Part shown: in pieces, positions 48,693 to 59,153 of the stretch
Position numbering within the stretch: the first letter of the stretch is position 1
Layout of the letters: each line of letters begins with the position of its first letter
From: Lentisphaeria bacterium
Lineage (GTDB): Bacteria; Verrucomicrobiota; Lentisphaeria; Victivallales; UBA1829
NCBI GenBank assembly: GCA_017646015.1
Contig: JAGCNI010000010.1
Coordinates: 262-64,261 of the forward strand
Reading direction: 5' to 3'
Length of the DNA stretch: 64,000 nt
Position numbers and translations under genes: made by a program
The notes under the pieces: model-generated
The model's input: the letters and a program-made list of their open reading frames with translations, nothing else
Database searches by the model: none
What the model was told of the DNA's origin: nothing

Positions 48693-50834
48693 ATGGGAAG
48701 CAATAAGAAAAATCATACAGTTCTGTCGGTGATCATTCCGATTTATAATGAAGAAAAAACGATTTGTACGTTGTTGGATAAAGTGGCATCCTGCGGCGTG
48801 TCTGTTTCGATGGAAATGATCCTTGTCAATGATGGATCCACAGACAACACGGCATCTTTGTGCCGGGAATGGATCCGTGAGAATGAGAAGAAGATCCAAG
48901 CCCGTGTGGTTTTTCTGGAAAAAGAAAACGGCGGAAAAGGTTCTGCTGTAAAGGCCGGGATCAAAGTTTCATCCGGTGATGTCGTCATTATTCAGGATGC
49001 CGATCTCGAATATGATCCGCGCGATTATACCAAGTGTATTACTCCCATTCTGCATGGAGAATGTAAAGTCGTGTACGGCTCCAGAGAGGCAGATAACCGG
49101 AATCGTCTTTTTTCCTCTCCCTCATTCTTTCTGGGGGGACTGCTGTTGACCTATTGGATCAATCTGCTGTTCAATTCCGATTTGACAGATGAACCGACCT
49201 GTTATAAAACATTTGATGGCGATTTGATCCGTTCCATTCCGTTGGATGGTGATCGTTTTGAATGGGAGCCGGAAGTGACAGCCAAGTTGTTGCGGATGGG
49301 ATTTGAAATACGGGAAGTGCCGATTTCCTACAATCCCCGTAAAGTGACAGAAGGAAAGAAAATCAAATGGTTTGATGGTCTTCAAGGTTTATGGATCGCT
49401 TTGTTCTGGCGTTTTGCGGGGATGAAAGAGATTCGGAAAACAACACAAAATGTATCCCTGTCCTGTGCAGAGATCATGCAGCGCAAACGGCGTTCTGTCT
49501 ATTGGCTGTACGGAATATTTCTGTTTGCATTTCTGATCCGTTTGGCTGCTGCGTTGCCCGGATTGTCAACTCCGCAAAAATTTCTGACCCGTCCGGACAG
49601 CCGGGCATTTCTGAGTGCTGCGGGGGAGGGGATCTTCAAGGAACTTCCCTCCTTTTACCGGTTGTATCCCTCTTCCCTGAAAAATTGGAAAAAGGGGACG
49701 CCGAAGTATGAAATTGTAAATGGCAGTGAGACCCGGGCGCCGCTTTATACGTTATGGCTTTCCCTGGTTTTCGGGATCAGTGGAAAGAGTTTTGTTTTTG
49801 CCGCTCTTGCGGGATGTCTGCTGGGTGCGTTTTCGTGTTTGATCGTCTATCTTTCCGGAAATGTGTTTGGCTCCTGTAAAGTCGGGATCATAGCTTCGCT
49901 GTTACTGGCGTTGAATCCGATGGCAGTGACATTCAGTCCTTTGTTTCTGCCGGATACTTTGTTTCTGTGCATGGTCGCATTGCAGACCTGGTTTTTTCTT
50001 CGTTTTATCAAAAATGCGTTCGGTTTGAATTTGATAACGAGTGTGATTTTTGCTGCATTAGGTGCATTGATCCGTCCGGTGAATGCGTTGTGGATCTTTC
50101 CCTGTATATTTGTGCTCTGTTTTTACCGGAAAACAGAATTGCGCTTGCGTTTGAATTATATGTTGGTGGCTCTGCTTCTGTTTGGTTTTCTGCTGATGCC
50201 GTGGATCCTGGGATCAAAATATCATGGGATCGGCTGGCGTATTGATTCGATCAGTTCGGAAGCGTTGTTGAAAAACACGGCTGCTTTGCAGGGAAAACAA
50301 ACCGGCGGGAATCCGTATCTGATCGCAAAAGAGTTCCGGGAAAGATTGAAACAGCATTATGCGGAAAATCCGGAAAAATTCCGGACACTCGGCGAACAGT
50401 TGGATCATCAGGATAAAGAGATGATCGGGCGGATCTTGAAACATCCTTTCCGTTATCTTTCATTGCATTTCAATCCGAAGATCCTTTCGCAGGATCTGAG
50501 TGAGTTGATGCGGAACTGGGGGATCCTGAAACCTCCCCGGATCATGGTGATGTCTCTGATGGTACTGTGTCTGGTTCTCTATATGGGAACTGCGCTCGGC
50601 TTGGGATGGTATCTGCTTGCAGCATTGGATCAGAAGAGTCTGCTCTCTTTTCTGCTGTTGCTGTTGTTTTCCGGTTATTATTTTCTGATGCCGGGTGCGA
50701 TTGCCGTGCCGCGTTATCAGTTACCGGCTCTGCCGTTTCTCTATCTTGCTGCCGGATATGGCTTGATTTGTCTGCATGGTCTGGTCAGGGAAAAACGTTT
50801 GCCGGAAGGTTTGACAGGGCGAGGAGGAAGATGA
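48693..50834 (+). CDS. Fusion of polyprenol-phosphate glycosyltransferase (GT2, DPM1-like) and ArnT/PMT-like GT-C membrane domain
   Basis: N-terminal VIIPIYNEE, VNDGSTD, GKGSA, QDADLEYDP, EGKKIKW; C-terminal multi-TM with RAPLY, LIRP, PRYQLP. Confidence 0.8.
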   Translation: MGSNKKNHTVLSVIIPIYNEEKTICTLLDKVASCGVSVSMEMILVNDGSTDNTASLCREWIRENEKKIQARVVFLEKENGGKGSAVKAGIKVSSGDVVIIQDADLEYDPRDYTKCITPILHGECKVVYGSREADNRNRLFSSPSFFLGGLLLTYWINLLFNSDLTDEPTCYKTFDGDLIRSIPLDGDRFEWEPEVTAKLLRMGFEIREVPISYNPRKVTEGKKIKWFDGLQGLWIALFWRFAGMKEIRKTTQNVSLSCAEIMQRKRRSVYWLYGIFLFAFLIRLAAALPGLSTPQKFLTRPDSRAFLSAAGEGIFKELPSFYRLYPSSLKNWKKGTPKYEIVNGSETRAPLYTLWLSLVFGISGKSFVFAALAGCLLGAFSCLIVYLSGNVFGSCKVGIIASLLLALNPMAVTFSPLFLPDTLFLCMVALQTWFFLRFIKNAFGLNLITSVIFAALGALIRPVNALWIFPCIFVLCFYRKTELRLRLNYMLVALLLFGFLLMPWILGSKYHGIGWRIDSISSEALLKNTAALQGKQTGGNPYLIAKEFRERLKQHYAENPEKFRTLGEQLDHQDKEMIGRILKHPFRYLSLHFNPKILSQDLSELMRNWGILKPPRIMVMSLMVLCLVLYMGTALGLGWYLLAALDQKSLLSFLLLLLFSGYYFLMPGAIAVPRYQLPALPFLYLAAGYGLICLHGLVREKRLPEGLTGRGGR

Positions 50835-50835
50835 G

Positions 50836-51573
50836 ATGAGTTTCAATACAGATTGGCAGGATCGTACCCGGCTTTTGCTGGGAGAAAACAGTTGTGATGC
50901 TTTCCGGGATATTCATGTGCTTGTGGTTGGTCTTGGCGGTGTCGGAGCGTATGCCGCAGAGATGATCTGTCGTGCGGGGATCGGGCGTATGACGATCGTG
51001 GATGGAGATTTGGTTGAAACGACCAATCTGAACCGTCAGCTGGCTGCGCTTCATTCCACACTCGGTCAGGAGAAAGCCCTTGTGATCGGAGAGCGTTTGA
51101 AAGATATCAATCCGGAGTTGGATTTGCGTGTGATTTCAGAATATCTCACTGCGGAACGGATGGGAGAAGTTCTTTCAGAAACCCGTTTTGATTGCGTGAT
51201 CGATGCGATCGATTCTCTTGCCCCGAAAGTGGAACTTGCCCGTTGCTGTGTGGAAAGAGATATTCCGATCGTATGCAGTATGGGGGCAGGGGCACGGATG
51301 GATCCGGAACAGATCCGTTGTGTGGATGTTTCCAAAACATTCAACTGCGGACTTGCCCGTGCATTCCGTCATGGGTTGAGCCGTTACGGAATCCGCAAAG
51401 GAGTCTGCACTGTTTTTTCTTCTGAACAGCCTGTCCGAACAGCGATCCGTGAAGAGCGTTCCGGACCGAATAAATGTTCTGTAACAGGAACGATTTCGTT
51501 TATTCCTGCGATCTTCGGCTGTCATTGCGCTGCTGCGGCGATTCGTCTGATTCTGGAGAAAAGCGGGAAATAA
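50836..51573 (+). CDS. tcdA: tRNA threonylcarbamoyladenosine dehydratase (ThiF family)
   Basis: VVGLGGVG, TNLNRQ, IDAID, SMGAG.RMDP, VFSSE, GTISFIPAIFG. Confidence 0.85.
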   Translation: MSFNTDWQDRTRLLLGENSCDAFRDIHVLVVGLGGVGAYAAEMICRAGIGRMTIVDGDLVETTNLNRQLAALHSTLGQEKALVIGERLKDINPELDLRVISEYLTAERMGEVLSETRFDCVIDAIDSLAPKVELARCCVERDIPIVCSMGAGARMDPEQIRCVDVSKTFNCGLARAFRHGLSRYGIRKGVCTVFSSEQPVRTAIREERSGPNKCSVTGTISFIPAIFGCHCAAAAIRLILEKSGK

Positions 51574-51617
51574 ATATCTGAATCCTGTTTTTCTTGCAGG
51601 AAAAGGTCATAAAAGAC

Positions 51618-51646
51618 TTGCACTTTTGCCTATGTTCGTGTAAATT
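51618..51646 (+). promoter_or_regulatory. sigma70 promoter of the leuB operon
   Basis: TTGCAC-17 bp-TAAATT. Confidence 0.55.
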
Positions 51647-51703
51647 ACCTGATTAAACAAGATCTCACAATTAAAATTTACAGTTTCAGGAAGGATTTGG
51701 AAC

Positions 51704-52813
51704 ATGGCTAAGAATTACAAGATCGCTGTGTTGCCCGGAGACGGAACCGGGCCGGAAGTTATTGCAGAAGGTATGAAAGTTGTTCATGCAGCTGCAGAAA
51801 AATTCGGATTCACGATTGAGTCTGACACCTATGACTGGGGTGGAACCCGTTATATGCGTGAAGGCACGATCATGCCGGATGATGCTACCGATATTCTCCG
51901 TAAATACAATGCAATTTACCTCGGTGCGATCGGACGCCCTGATGTGCCTCCCGGAATTCTTGAAAAAGGAATTTTGCTGAAACTCCGTTTTGAACTGGAT
52001 CAGTACATCAACCTGCGTCCTGTGAAACTCTTCCCCGGCGTGGAATGTCCTCTTGCCAACAAGAAACCGGAAGATATTGACTACGTTGTGGTTCGTGAAA
52101 ACTCCGGCGACGTTTATACCGGTATGGGCGGTGTTGCCATGAAAGGTACTCCCCATGAAGTTGCAACTCAGGTGATGACTTATTCCCGTGCTCAGGTCGA
52201 TCGCTGCCTGAAATTTGCTTTTGAAACCGCCAGAAAACGTCACACAAAAGAAAATCCGTGGCGTGGACTTTCTGCGGAAGATATTGCTGCTGGAAAAACA
52301 GCTCAGTTGACTCTCTGCGGTAAATCCAACGTTCTGACTTATGTTTTCAATATGTGGGAACGCGCTCTGCATGAAATGGCTCCCCAGTATCCGGAAGTCA
52401 AAATCAACTATTGCCATGTCGATGCAATTTGCATGTGGATGGTGAAAAATCCGGAATGGTTCGACGTGATTGTTACCACCAACATGTTCGGTGACATCAT
52501 CACAGACCTTGCCGCTATGACTCAGGGCGGTATGGGGATTGCCGCAGGCGGAAATCTGAATCCGGAAGGGGTCAGTATGTTTGAACCGATCGGCGGTTCC
52601 GCTCCCAAATACACCGGTATGAATGTGATCAACCCGCTCGCAGCTGTTCTTTCCGGCGCAATGATGCTGGATTATCTCGGCGAATCCGAAGCTGCCAGAG
52701 CAATTGAAAAATCGGTTGCATACATTACCGCCAATAAACTCAAGAGCCTCTCTGCCGGAAAAATGGGTTATTCCACTTCCGAAGTCGGTGATCTGGTCGT
52801 CGAAAACCTCTGA
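51704..52813 (+). CDS. leuB: 3-isopropylmalate dehydrogenase
   Basis: [48 protein letters not shown]. Confidence 0.8.
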   Translation: MAKNYKIAVLPGDGTGPEVIAEGMKVVHAAAEKFGFTIESDTYDWGGTRYMREGTIMPDDATDILRKYNAIYLGAIGRPDVPPGILEKGILLKLRFELDQYINLRPVKLFPGVECPLANKKPEDIDYVVVRENSGDVYTGMGGVAMKGTPHEVATQVMTYSRAQVDRCLKFAFETARKRHTKENPWRGLSAEDIAAGKTAQLTLCGKSNVLTYVFNMWERALHEMAPQYPEVKINYCHVDAICMWMVKNPEWFDVIVTTNMFGDIITDLAAMTQGGMGIAAGGNLNPEGVSMFEPIGGSAPKYTGMNVINPLAAVLSGAMMLDYLGESEAARAIEKSVAYITANKLKSLSAGKMGYSTSEVGDLVVENL

Positions 52814-52824
52814 AAAACAGAGAC

Positions 52825-53529
52825 GTGAGAACAATGGAAAAGTGTCTGCTCTGGATGGACGGGTCTCACAGCCCGTATTTCAATATGGCAGTAGATGAAT
52901 TGCTGCTTGAACACATGGATTCAATCGGACATGTTGTTCTGCGTTTTTATGAATGGAACATCCCCTCGGCTTCTTTCGGATATTCCCAGAAGCCGGGAGC
53001 GGTGACCCGCAGCGGATTGACTCTGGTACGCCGTCCCACCGGGGGCGGAGTTGTCTATCATGATGTCGATCTGACTTATACGCTGGTCGTTCCCGCAGGA
53101 CATCCTGTCTGCAAACTGGACCGCATGGAAAGTTACCGTGTGATCCATGAACCTGTGATGAAAGCGATCATGGATCTTGGAAAAGGAGCTCATCTGGCTC
53201 CGGATTTGGGAATCAAACATGATCGTGCCACTTTGCAGTGCTTTGTTTCTCCGTCGCCCAATGATGTGATAGCCAATAACGGCGCAAAACTTGCGGGTGC
53301 AGCTCAGCGCCGTACCCGTAAAGGAATTCTGCATCAGGGAAGTGTCAGTCTGGAAGCTGGTTCGCATGATGAGATCCTGAAGGCAATTCATGATGAATTG
53401 AAAAATGCGTTCGATTTTGAATATGAACTCTGGACTCCTTCCGAAGATTTGATCCGTGAGACCGATCTTCTGGTGGAAAAGAAATATTCCTCGGATGCCT
53501 GGAACTTCAATGGAGAAGTTCCGTTATGA
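52825..53529 (+). CDS. Lipoate-protein ligase A / LipM-like octanoyltransferase
   Basis: NMAVDE.LL, LRFY.W, VRRPTGGG.VYH, KLAGAAQRR, LHQGS. Confidence 0.85.
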   Translation: MRTMEKCLLWMDGSHSPYFNMAVDELLLEHMDSIGHVVLRFYEWNIPSASFGYSQKPGAVTRSGLTLVRRPTGGGVVYHDVDLTYTLVVPAGHPVCKLDRMESYRVIHEPVMKAIMDLGKGAHLAPDLGIKHDRATLQCFVSPSPNDVIANNGAKLAGAAQRRTRKGILHQGSVSLEAGSHDEILKAIHDELKNAFDFEYELWTPSEDLIRETDLLVEKKYSSDAWNFNGEVPL

Positions 53530-54239
53530 AAGAGTCGTTGAAACTACTGCAATCTGAGATTGGACATACTTTCCGTAATCCGGATTTGTTGCGGGAGGCT
53601 TTGACGCATAAATCCTATGCCGCTGAATGGAATGTGAAATATGACAACCAGCGGCTTGAATTTTTTGGAGATGCCGTTGTTCAGCTCGTGCTGACACGGT
53701 ATCTTTTTGACCGTTATCCCACTTTGCAGGAGGGGGATCTTACCAAGATCCGTTCGGCTCTGGTCAATCAGGATTCGCTTGCCATGTTTGCCCGTTCCAT
53801 CAGCCTCGGTGATTACCTGCGTCTGGGAAAAGGGGAAACCGATTCCAGCGGTCAAGACCGTGATTCCACCATTTCTGATGCGTTTGAAGCTCTCTCCGCT
53901 GCGATTTATCTGGATGCCGGATATGAAAAAGTGGAAACTTTTATTTTGCGGGTTCTGGAACAGAATGTGGAAAATCCTTTACAGCTTCTGACTTCCCTGA
54001 ATCCGAAAGGGGCATTGCAGGAGTACACTCAATCGCAGAAAAACGGAATGACTCCGCGATACACGACTTTGTCTGTTACCGGACCTGCCCATGATCCCTG
54101 TTATGAAGCAGGGGTGTTCCTCGGAAAAGAAATGATCGCCACCGGGGTCGCCCAGAATCGGAAAAATGCTGAACAGAAAGCTGCAGAAGCTGCTTTGAAA
54201 ATCCTGAAACAACGTGAAAAAGAAAGTTCCGGTTTATGA
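53526..54239 (+). CDS. rnc: Ribonuclease III
   Basis: ALTHKS, NQRLEFFGDAV, DAFEAL..AIYLD, dsRBD PKGALQEYTQ...AEQKAA. Confidence 0.95.
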   Translation: MKESLKLLQSEIGHTFRNPDLLREALTHKSYAAEWNVKYDNQRLEFFGDAVVQLVLTRYLFDRYPTLQEGDLTKIRSALVNQDSLAMFARSISLGDYLRLGKGETDSSGQDRDSTISDAFEALSAAIYLDAGYEKVETFILRVLEQNVENPLQLLTSLNPKGALQEYTQSQKNGMTPRYTTLSVTGPAHDPCYEAGVFLGKEMIATGVAQNRKNAEQKAAEAALKILKQREKESSGL

Positions 54240-55351
54240 GTTATGCTTTAACCTATCCCGGCAAGATCGTATTCGGTCCCGGGGAATCTTTACAGTTATC
54301 CCGTTATCTTACATCTTCCCGGAAAATCCTGCTGGTTGCCGGTTCTCATTTCGTGCAGACAGCTGATTTTCAGGCATTGACAGATTCTCTCCGTGATTTT
54401 GAAGTGTATCTTGAATCCGGAATCAAAGCGGAGCCTCCTCTGGAAGATGTTGACCGTGTGGTTGCCGCCGGTCGTTTTTTCGGAGTTGATACTGTCGTGG
54501 CTGTCGGTGGCGGAAGTGTGATCGATTGTGCAAAAGCGGCCGCTGCTCTGATCCCATTGGATGGTTGTTGTGCCGATTATTTCATTGGGACAAAGACCAT
54601 TCCCGGAAAAGGACTTTTCTTTGCTGCGCTGCCGACCACTGCCGGAACTGGAGCTGAAATCACCAATAACGCTGTTTTGACAGATACCGCAACCAAGATC
54701 AAAAAATCTCTGCGTCATCCTTCCATGGTTGCCGATCTGGCAGTTTGCGATCCCTGTTTGACTGTATCCGGACCAGCATCTCTTACCGCCGCCAGCGGGT
54801 TGGATGCTTTTGTTCAGGCATTTGAATCCTGCACATCTCCGAAAGCCAATGATTTTACACGGAATTTAAGTTATGCTGCGATCCGCAAGATCTCTGGAAA
54901 TCTGGAAAAAGCCTGCCATAACGGTTCCGATCTGGAAGCCCGGACTGCAATGGCTGAGGGCAGTATGTTCTCTGCTATGGCATTTTCCCAGACTGGATTG
55001 GGGGCTATTCATGGATTGGCTCATCCGATCGGTTCTCTGCTGCATGTTCCTCATGGAAAAGCATGTGCCGCATTGATCCCCGCTGTGGTAGAATGGAATC
55101 TGCCTTTGTGCAGAGATATTTACGCTGAAATCGCAAAACAGTGTGCCTGGGGAGATACTGCAGAAGATTTCCTCAAAGAATGTTGCCGTCTTTGTTCTGC
55201 ATTGAATGTTGAACTTCATTTCGCCGCGTATGGATTGAATGAAGATCATTTCGATTTTATTGTGAAAAACTGCCGGAGTGCCAGTATGAATCTGAATCCC
55301 CGTCCGATGACAGATGATGATGTCCGCGCTCTGTTGAAAAAATTGGTATGA
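54236..55351 (+). CDS. Iron-containing alcohol dehydrogenase
   Basis: GGGSVIDCAK, PTTAGTGAE.T, GLDAF, HGLAH, VPHG. Confidence 0.9.
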   Translation: MSYALTYPGKIVFGPGESLQLSRYLTSSRKILLVAGSHFVQTADFQALTDSLRDFEVYLESGIKAEPPLEDVDRVVAAGRFFGVDTVVAVGGGSVIDCAKAAAALIPLDGCCADYFIGTKTIPGKGLFFAALPTTAGTGAEITNNAVLTDTATKIKKSLRHPSMVADLAVCDPCLTVSGPASLTAASGLDAFVQAFESCTSPKANDFTRNLSYAAIRKISGNLEKACHNGSDLEARTAMAEGSMFSAMAFSQTGLGAIHGLAHPIGSLLHVPHGKACAALIPAVVEWNLPLCRDIYAEIAKQCAWGDTAEDFLKECCRLCSALNVELHFAAYGLNEDHFDFIVKNCRSASMNLNPRPMTDDDVRALLKKLV

Positions 55352-55355
55352 TAGA

Positions 55356-56102
55356 ATGGATATCCCTCATTTTCTGACGCATGAGATCCGGGTTCAACAT
55401 CATGAATGTGGTCCGGATGGTCTTTTGAAATTGAATTGTGTGCTGGATTATTTTCAGAATATTGCCGCTCAACATGCCGTTTATCTCGGCGTGGGAATGG
55501 AAGATTTGCAGGCGCAGCATCAGCTTTGGGTGCTTTCCCGTTTGAAATTGAAAACGATCCGTATGCCGCAGTTGGATGAAAAATTGACTGTACTTACATA
55601 TCCCTCCGGATTGAACCGGCTTTTTGCTACACGGCAATATCAACTGCTGGATGAAAAAGGGGAACAATGTGTGGTCGGGACAAGTTTCTGGATTATGATC
55701 GATGATGAAAAATTCCGTCCGGTCCGTCCGTCTCCCGCTCTGGCACAATTTGATAAATTGAATCCGGACAAAGAACGTTTTTATCCCCAGCTTGACAAGA
55801 TTGCCGAGCCGGAGGAAATCCTGGAATCTCAAATCAATTATACCGTGCGTCACTCTCATATTGACTTGAACCGTCATTTGAACAACGCTTTTTACGGTGC
55901 TTTTCTGACAGATACTTTGGGATATCTGACAGACCGTCTGTGTCATCCTGCGGAATTGCAGATCAATTTCCTGCATCCCGGAGCTGTAAATGATTGTATT
56001 CTCTGCGGAGGAGAATTGAAAAAAGACGGTTCATTCTATGTTGAAGGGCGCAGTTCCGAAGACCGGACACTGCTTTATTTTCAGGCAGAAGGCAAACTGT
56101 AA
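55356..56102 (+). CDS. Acyl-ACP thioesterase (FatA/FatB-like double hotdog)
   Basis: FQNIA..H, WVLSR, HIDLNRHLNN. Confidence 0.85.
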   Translation: MDIPHFLTHEIRVQHHECGPDGLLKLNCVLDYFQNIAAQHAVYLGVGMEDLQAQHQLWVLSRLKLKTIRMPQLDEKLTVLTYPSGLNRLFATRQYQLLDEKGEQCVVGTSFWIMIDDEKFRPVRPSPALAQFDKLNPDKERFYPQLDKIAEPEEILESQINYTVRHSHIDLNRHLNNAFYGAFLTDTLGYLTDRLCHPAELQINFLHPGAVNDCILCGGELKKDGSFYVEGRSSEDRTLLYFQAEGKL

Positions 56103-56105
56103 GAT

Positions 56106-57215
56106 TTATTTTGCAGGCGGAATAAATTCCCGGTACAATGCAAGATATTCATCCGTCATTCCGGAAGTTGTTTGAATGATTTTTCCTTCTGAACGTTTCT
56201 TGTTGAGAATGAAAGAGTAATCCATTTCCGGAGAGAAATCAGATGTCACTGTATTTTCCGGAACGAGTCTGCACAGTTCCGGCAGAGAATCTGCATTGGA
56301 ACACAGACAGGGCAATCCCAAGGATACTGCTTCCGTAAAAGCCAGTCCGTACCCCTCGTACCGGGAGGGCATGACAAAGAGATCAAACATTGTCATCAAA
56401 CAAGCTGCATCCGGTCTGTATCCGGGCAGAACAATATGCAGAGAGGGAAACTGTTGCATCATTTCAGTGGCGATTTTCTGCAGTTTTGTTTTTTCCGGTC
56501 CATCCCCGATCAGAACCACTCCCCATCGCTGTTTTTCCGGGATCAGTCTGGCAAGGGCAGGTAGGGAATGAAGGAAAATATCATATCCTTTCTGCGGATC
56601 AAGACGTCCGATCGAACCGATGATTTTTGTCACATCCTGCAGATGATTTTCTTCTTGAAATTTGCAAATTGTCTGTGGTGAAGCCGGAATCACGGGATCT
56701 GAACCATTGTAAATAACACGGATCGAATCTTTTTTCAATCTGCATTTTTTTTCATGAAATTCAGCTGCGGCTTTTGAGACTGCTGTACGGCAATCGCACA
56801 GGAAGCCTGTCAGATGATCCAGAGAAAAAAGGATTTTCTGAGAGAGACCATTTCTGCGTTCTGCAATATGGGTCGTACAGATCAGCGGGATCCGCGGATT
56901 GAAAAGACGGGCGAAGCGTGCAGCCAGTCCTGCATGGATCAGGTGTGCATGAAGAATATCCGGTTTCTCTTTGCGGATAATGTCGATCAATCGGAAAAAT
57001 CCTCCCGGATCCTTGTGGGAAATATTCAGAAAATAAGGAGAAATTCCAAGCGAACGGAGTTTGCAGACGATCGTATTTTCCGGTTCGGACGGTTCTTTCA
57101 GAAGAGAGACAACCAGAGGAGTTTCTCCTTTTTCCAGAAGACAACGTACTGTTTCCAGCACAATTTTTTCCGCTCCTCCGGGATATAAACCCGTGATGAT
57201 CATCATGATTTTCAT
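56106..57215 (-). CDS. Family 4 glycosyltransferase
   Basis: GGAEK, PDILHAH, GRLDPQKG, PSRYEGYGL...EA. Confidence 0.88.
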   Translation of the reverse strand: MKIMMIITGLYPGGAEKIVLETVRCLLEKGETPLVVSLLKEPSEPENTIVCKLRSLGISPYFLNISHKDPGGFFRLIDIIRKEKPDILHAHLIHAGLAARFARLFNPRIPLICTTHIAERRNGLSQKILFSLDHLTGFLCDCRTAVSKAAAEFHEKKCRLKKDSIRVIYNGSDPVIPASPQTICKFQEENHLQDVTKIIGSIGRLDPQKGYDIFLHSLPALARLIPEKQRWGVVLIGDGPEKTKLQKIATEMMQQFPSLHIVLPGYRPDAACLMTMFDLFVMPSRYEGYGLAFTEAVSLGLPCLCSNADSLPELCRLVPENTVTSDFSPEMDYSFILNKKRSEGKIIQTTSGMTDEYLALYREFIPPAK

Positions 57216-57234
57216 GGTTGTCTCTTTGATTGTA

Positions 57235-59010
57235 TTACGGTTTCCGCGGGGGCAGAATGATCATACGGAATTTTTCCCGTTTTGTTTCCCGGTTTTCCCA
57301 GGAGAATTCCGGTTCATCAACTGTTCTGCCTGTTGCCAGTTCTTTTCTGATGAAAGGATCCTGAATCCTGTTAAAATAACGATCCTGAGAGATCAGATAG
57401 CTTTTTTCTGTGGTGCTTCTGTTTTGCAGAAATTTCACTAACGGTTCTTCCAACATCTTTTTCTGAGTTGGATCGATCACAATCACTTCGATTTTTTCTG
57501 GACGGTTGAAATAGAAGATTGCCGCCCGGAAACGTTTGTAGAAGAAGTAGATCTGATTTGTTTTCACATTTTCCTTGCGGAAGAGTTCTGCAATTTCTGC
57601 AAAATATTGTTTTTCTGTCCGGAAATGAGCATCGGCATAGGGACGGATCACGCAGAAAACAGTGATCATGATGATCAGGAATGAAAGTGTTGCCAGCCCG
57701 AACTCCCGGTTGACTCCGGCATACCAGTAGTGATTTGTATTTTTTCTGTATTGCAGAGCGAGGACCAGGATCATCAAAGAGGGGAGGATCGTGATCTGTG
57801 CAATATTTCTGATTTCTGATTGCATTTCAATATTTTGGGTAAAAAACTGAACTGTGAAAATGGCTGCAACTCCGGCAATCAGGAGCAGAATTGAAGCGGG
57901 GAGCATGATATTGCCATAGATTTTGAAAAGAATATCCCGGATCTTCCGCTGGATCCCGGAAAGATTTTCCGTACAAAGATAACGTGCTGTTGCAACGGCA
58001 CAATACGGAAGGATCGGCAGAATATAATAGATCCGTTTGGAGTCGGAAAGAGAGAAGATCAGAAAAATTGCACCAATGGAAAGCAGAAGCCAGCGGACAT
58101 TCAAATCTTCTTTCTGCCACTCTTTAACGGTCCAGATCAAAGCAAAAATCAGGAACGGAGTCCAGGGGAGAAAGAGTTGGGCAACATGGATAAAGTAAGC
58201 ATACCATCCTTCTTCATGGTCAAATGCCTGAAAGTAGCGGACAATATTTTCCCGGAAGACCAGAGCCAAGCCGTTGCTGGAGTAATCTCCGCTTTTATAC
58301 ATGGCACAGATGAATGGTACAAAATAGATCATGGCAGAAAGAATACCGGCAGCAACAAGTTGCCAGTTGAGATGTTTTTTCCAATCTTTCCGGAGAATTA
58401 CATCCACAAAAACCGCCAGAACCGGAACAGCGATCGCACTGAGACCTTTTGTCTGACCTCCGATCGCACACAATGCACCGAAGAGCAGATAAGACCCGAA
58501 TCCGGCGTTTTCTCTCTGTCGCAGATACCATGCCACTGCAATCGTACTGAACGCTGCGTTGAGCATATCCGCTTCACCGAGACGGCCCCAGAATGCAAAA
58601 CTGTAAATGGTGAGCATCAGCCAACCGGCAGCAATAACGATCCGTTTATCTCCGTAAATTCCGGCGATGGAACGGGTTGCCCAGAGTGTTGCCAGTCCGG
58701 CGATCGCACTGGGAATACGGATCAGAAGCTCATTGACAGTATTGTGATTGAACAGAGTGAAGAATGCGATCATCCAGTAACTGCCAAGAGGTTTGTCAAA
58801 ATAAGGCTCAAAATTGACTGTTGGTTGGAGAAAATTTCCGGAAGAGAACATTTCTCTGACAACACCTGCCCAACGGGATTCAGAACCAGCCAGATCCGCT
58901 TTGCCGAGATTCAGAAAAAGCAGTACGATCGCGGCGATCCAGAAAATTGTTTCCGGCAATTTTTCAGTAGAAAAAAGATTTTTCAATACATTTTTATTCA
59001 TTACAGTCAA
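57235..59010 (-). CDS. ArnT-like (GT39/GT83) lipid-linked sugar transferase
   Basis: ESRW...REM, YFDKP...YW, RIPSA, TKG, FLPW, SKRIYYILP. Confidence 0.85.
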   Translation of the reverse strand: MTVMNKNVLKNLFSTEKLPETIFWIAAIVLLFLNLGKADLAGSESRWAGVVREMFSSGNFLQPTVNFEPYFDKPLGSYWMIAFFTLFNHNTVNELLIRIPSAIAGLATLWATRSIAGIYGDKRIVIAAGWLMLTIYSFAFWGRLGEADMLNAAFSTIAVAWYLRQRENAGFGSYLLFGALCAIGGQTKGLSAIAVPVLAVFVDVILRKDWKKHLNWQLVAAGILSAMIYFVPFICAMYKSGDYSSNGLALVFRENIVRYFQAFDHEEGWYAYFIHVAQLFLPWTPFLIFALIWTVKEWQKEDLNVRWLLLSIGAIFLIFSLSDSKRIYYILPILPYCAVATARYLCTENLSGIQRKIRDILFKIYGNIMLPASILLLIAGVAAIFTVQFFTQNIEMQSEIRNIAQITILPSLMILVLALQYRKNTNHYWYAGVNREFGLATLSFLIIMITVFCVIRPYADAHFRTEKQYFAEIAELFRKENVKTNQIYFFYKRFRAAIFYFNRPEKIEVIVIDPTQKKMLEEPLVKFLQNRSTTEKSYLISQDRYFNRIQDPFIRKELATGRTVDEPEFSWENRETKREKFRMIILPPRKP

Positions 59011-59153
59011 TTCCTTTCATGTGTATTCTATCTCAAAAAATGATACATATTGTAGCATAAATTAAAAAATCTTCAATGATGTTTGCAAAAACTATACAAT
59101 ATTCATACAGTTTCGGGATAAAAGGAGCTGAAGAGGATGGCAGGATATTTTTT

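Noticed and set aside
51574-51703. Leucine attenuator upstream of leuB
   Set aside because: The leader after the predicted promoter is only ~50 nt, with no Leu-rich peptide or terminator hairpin.
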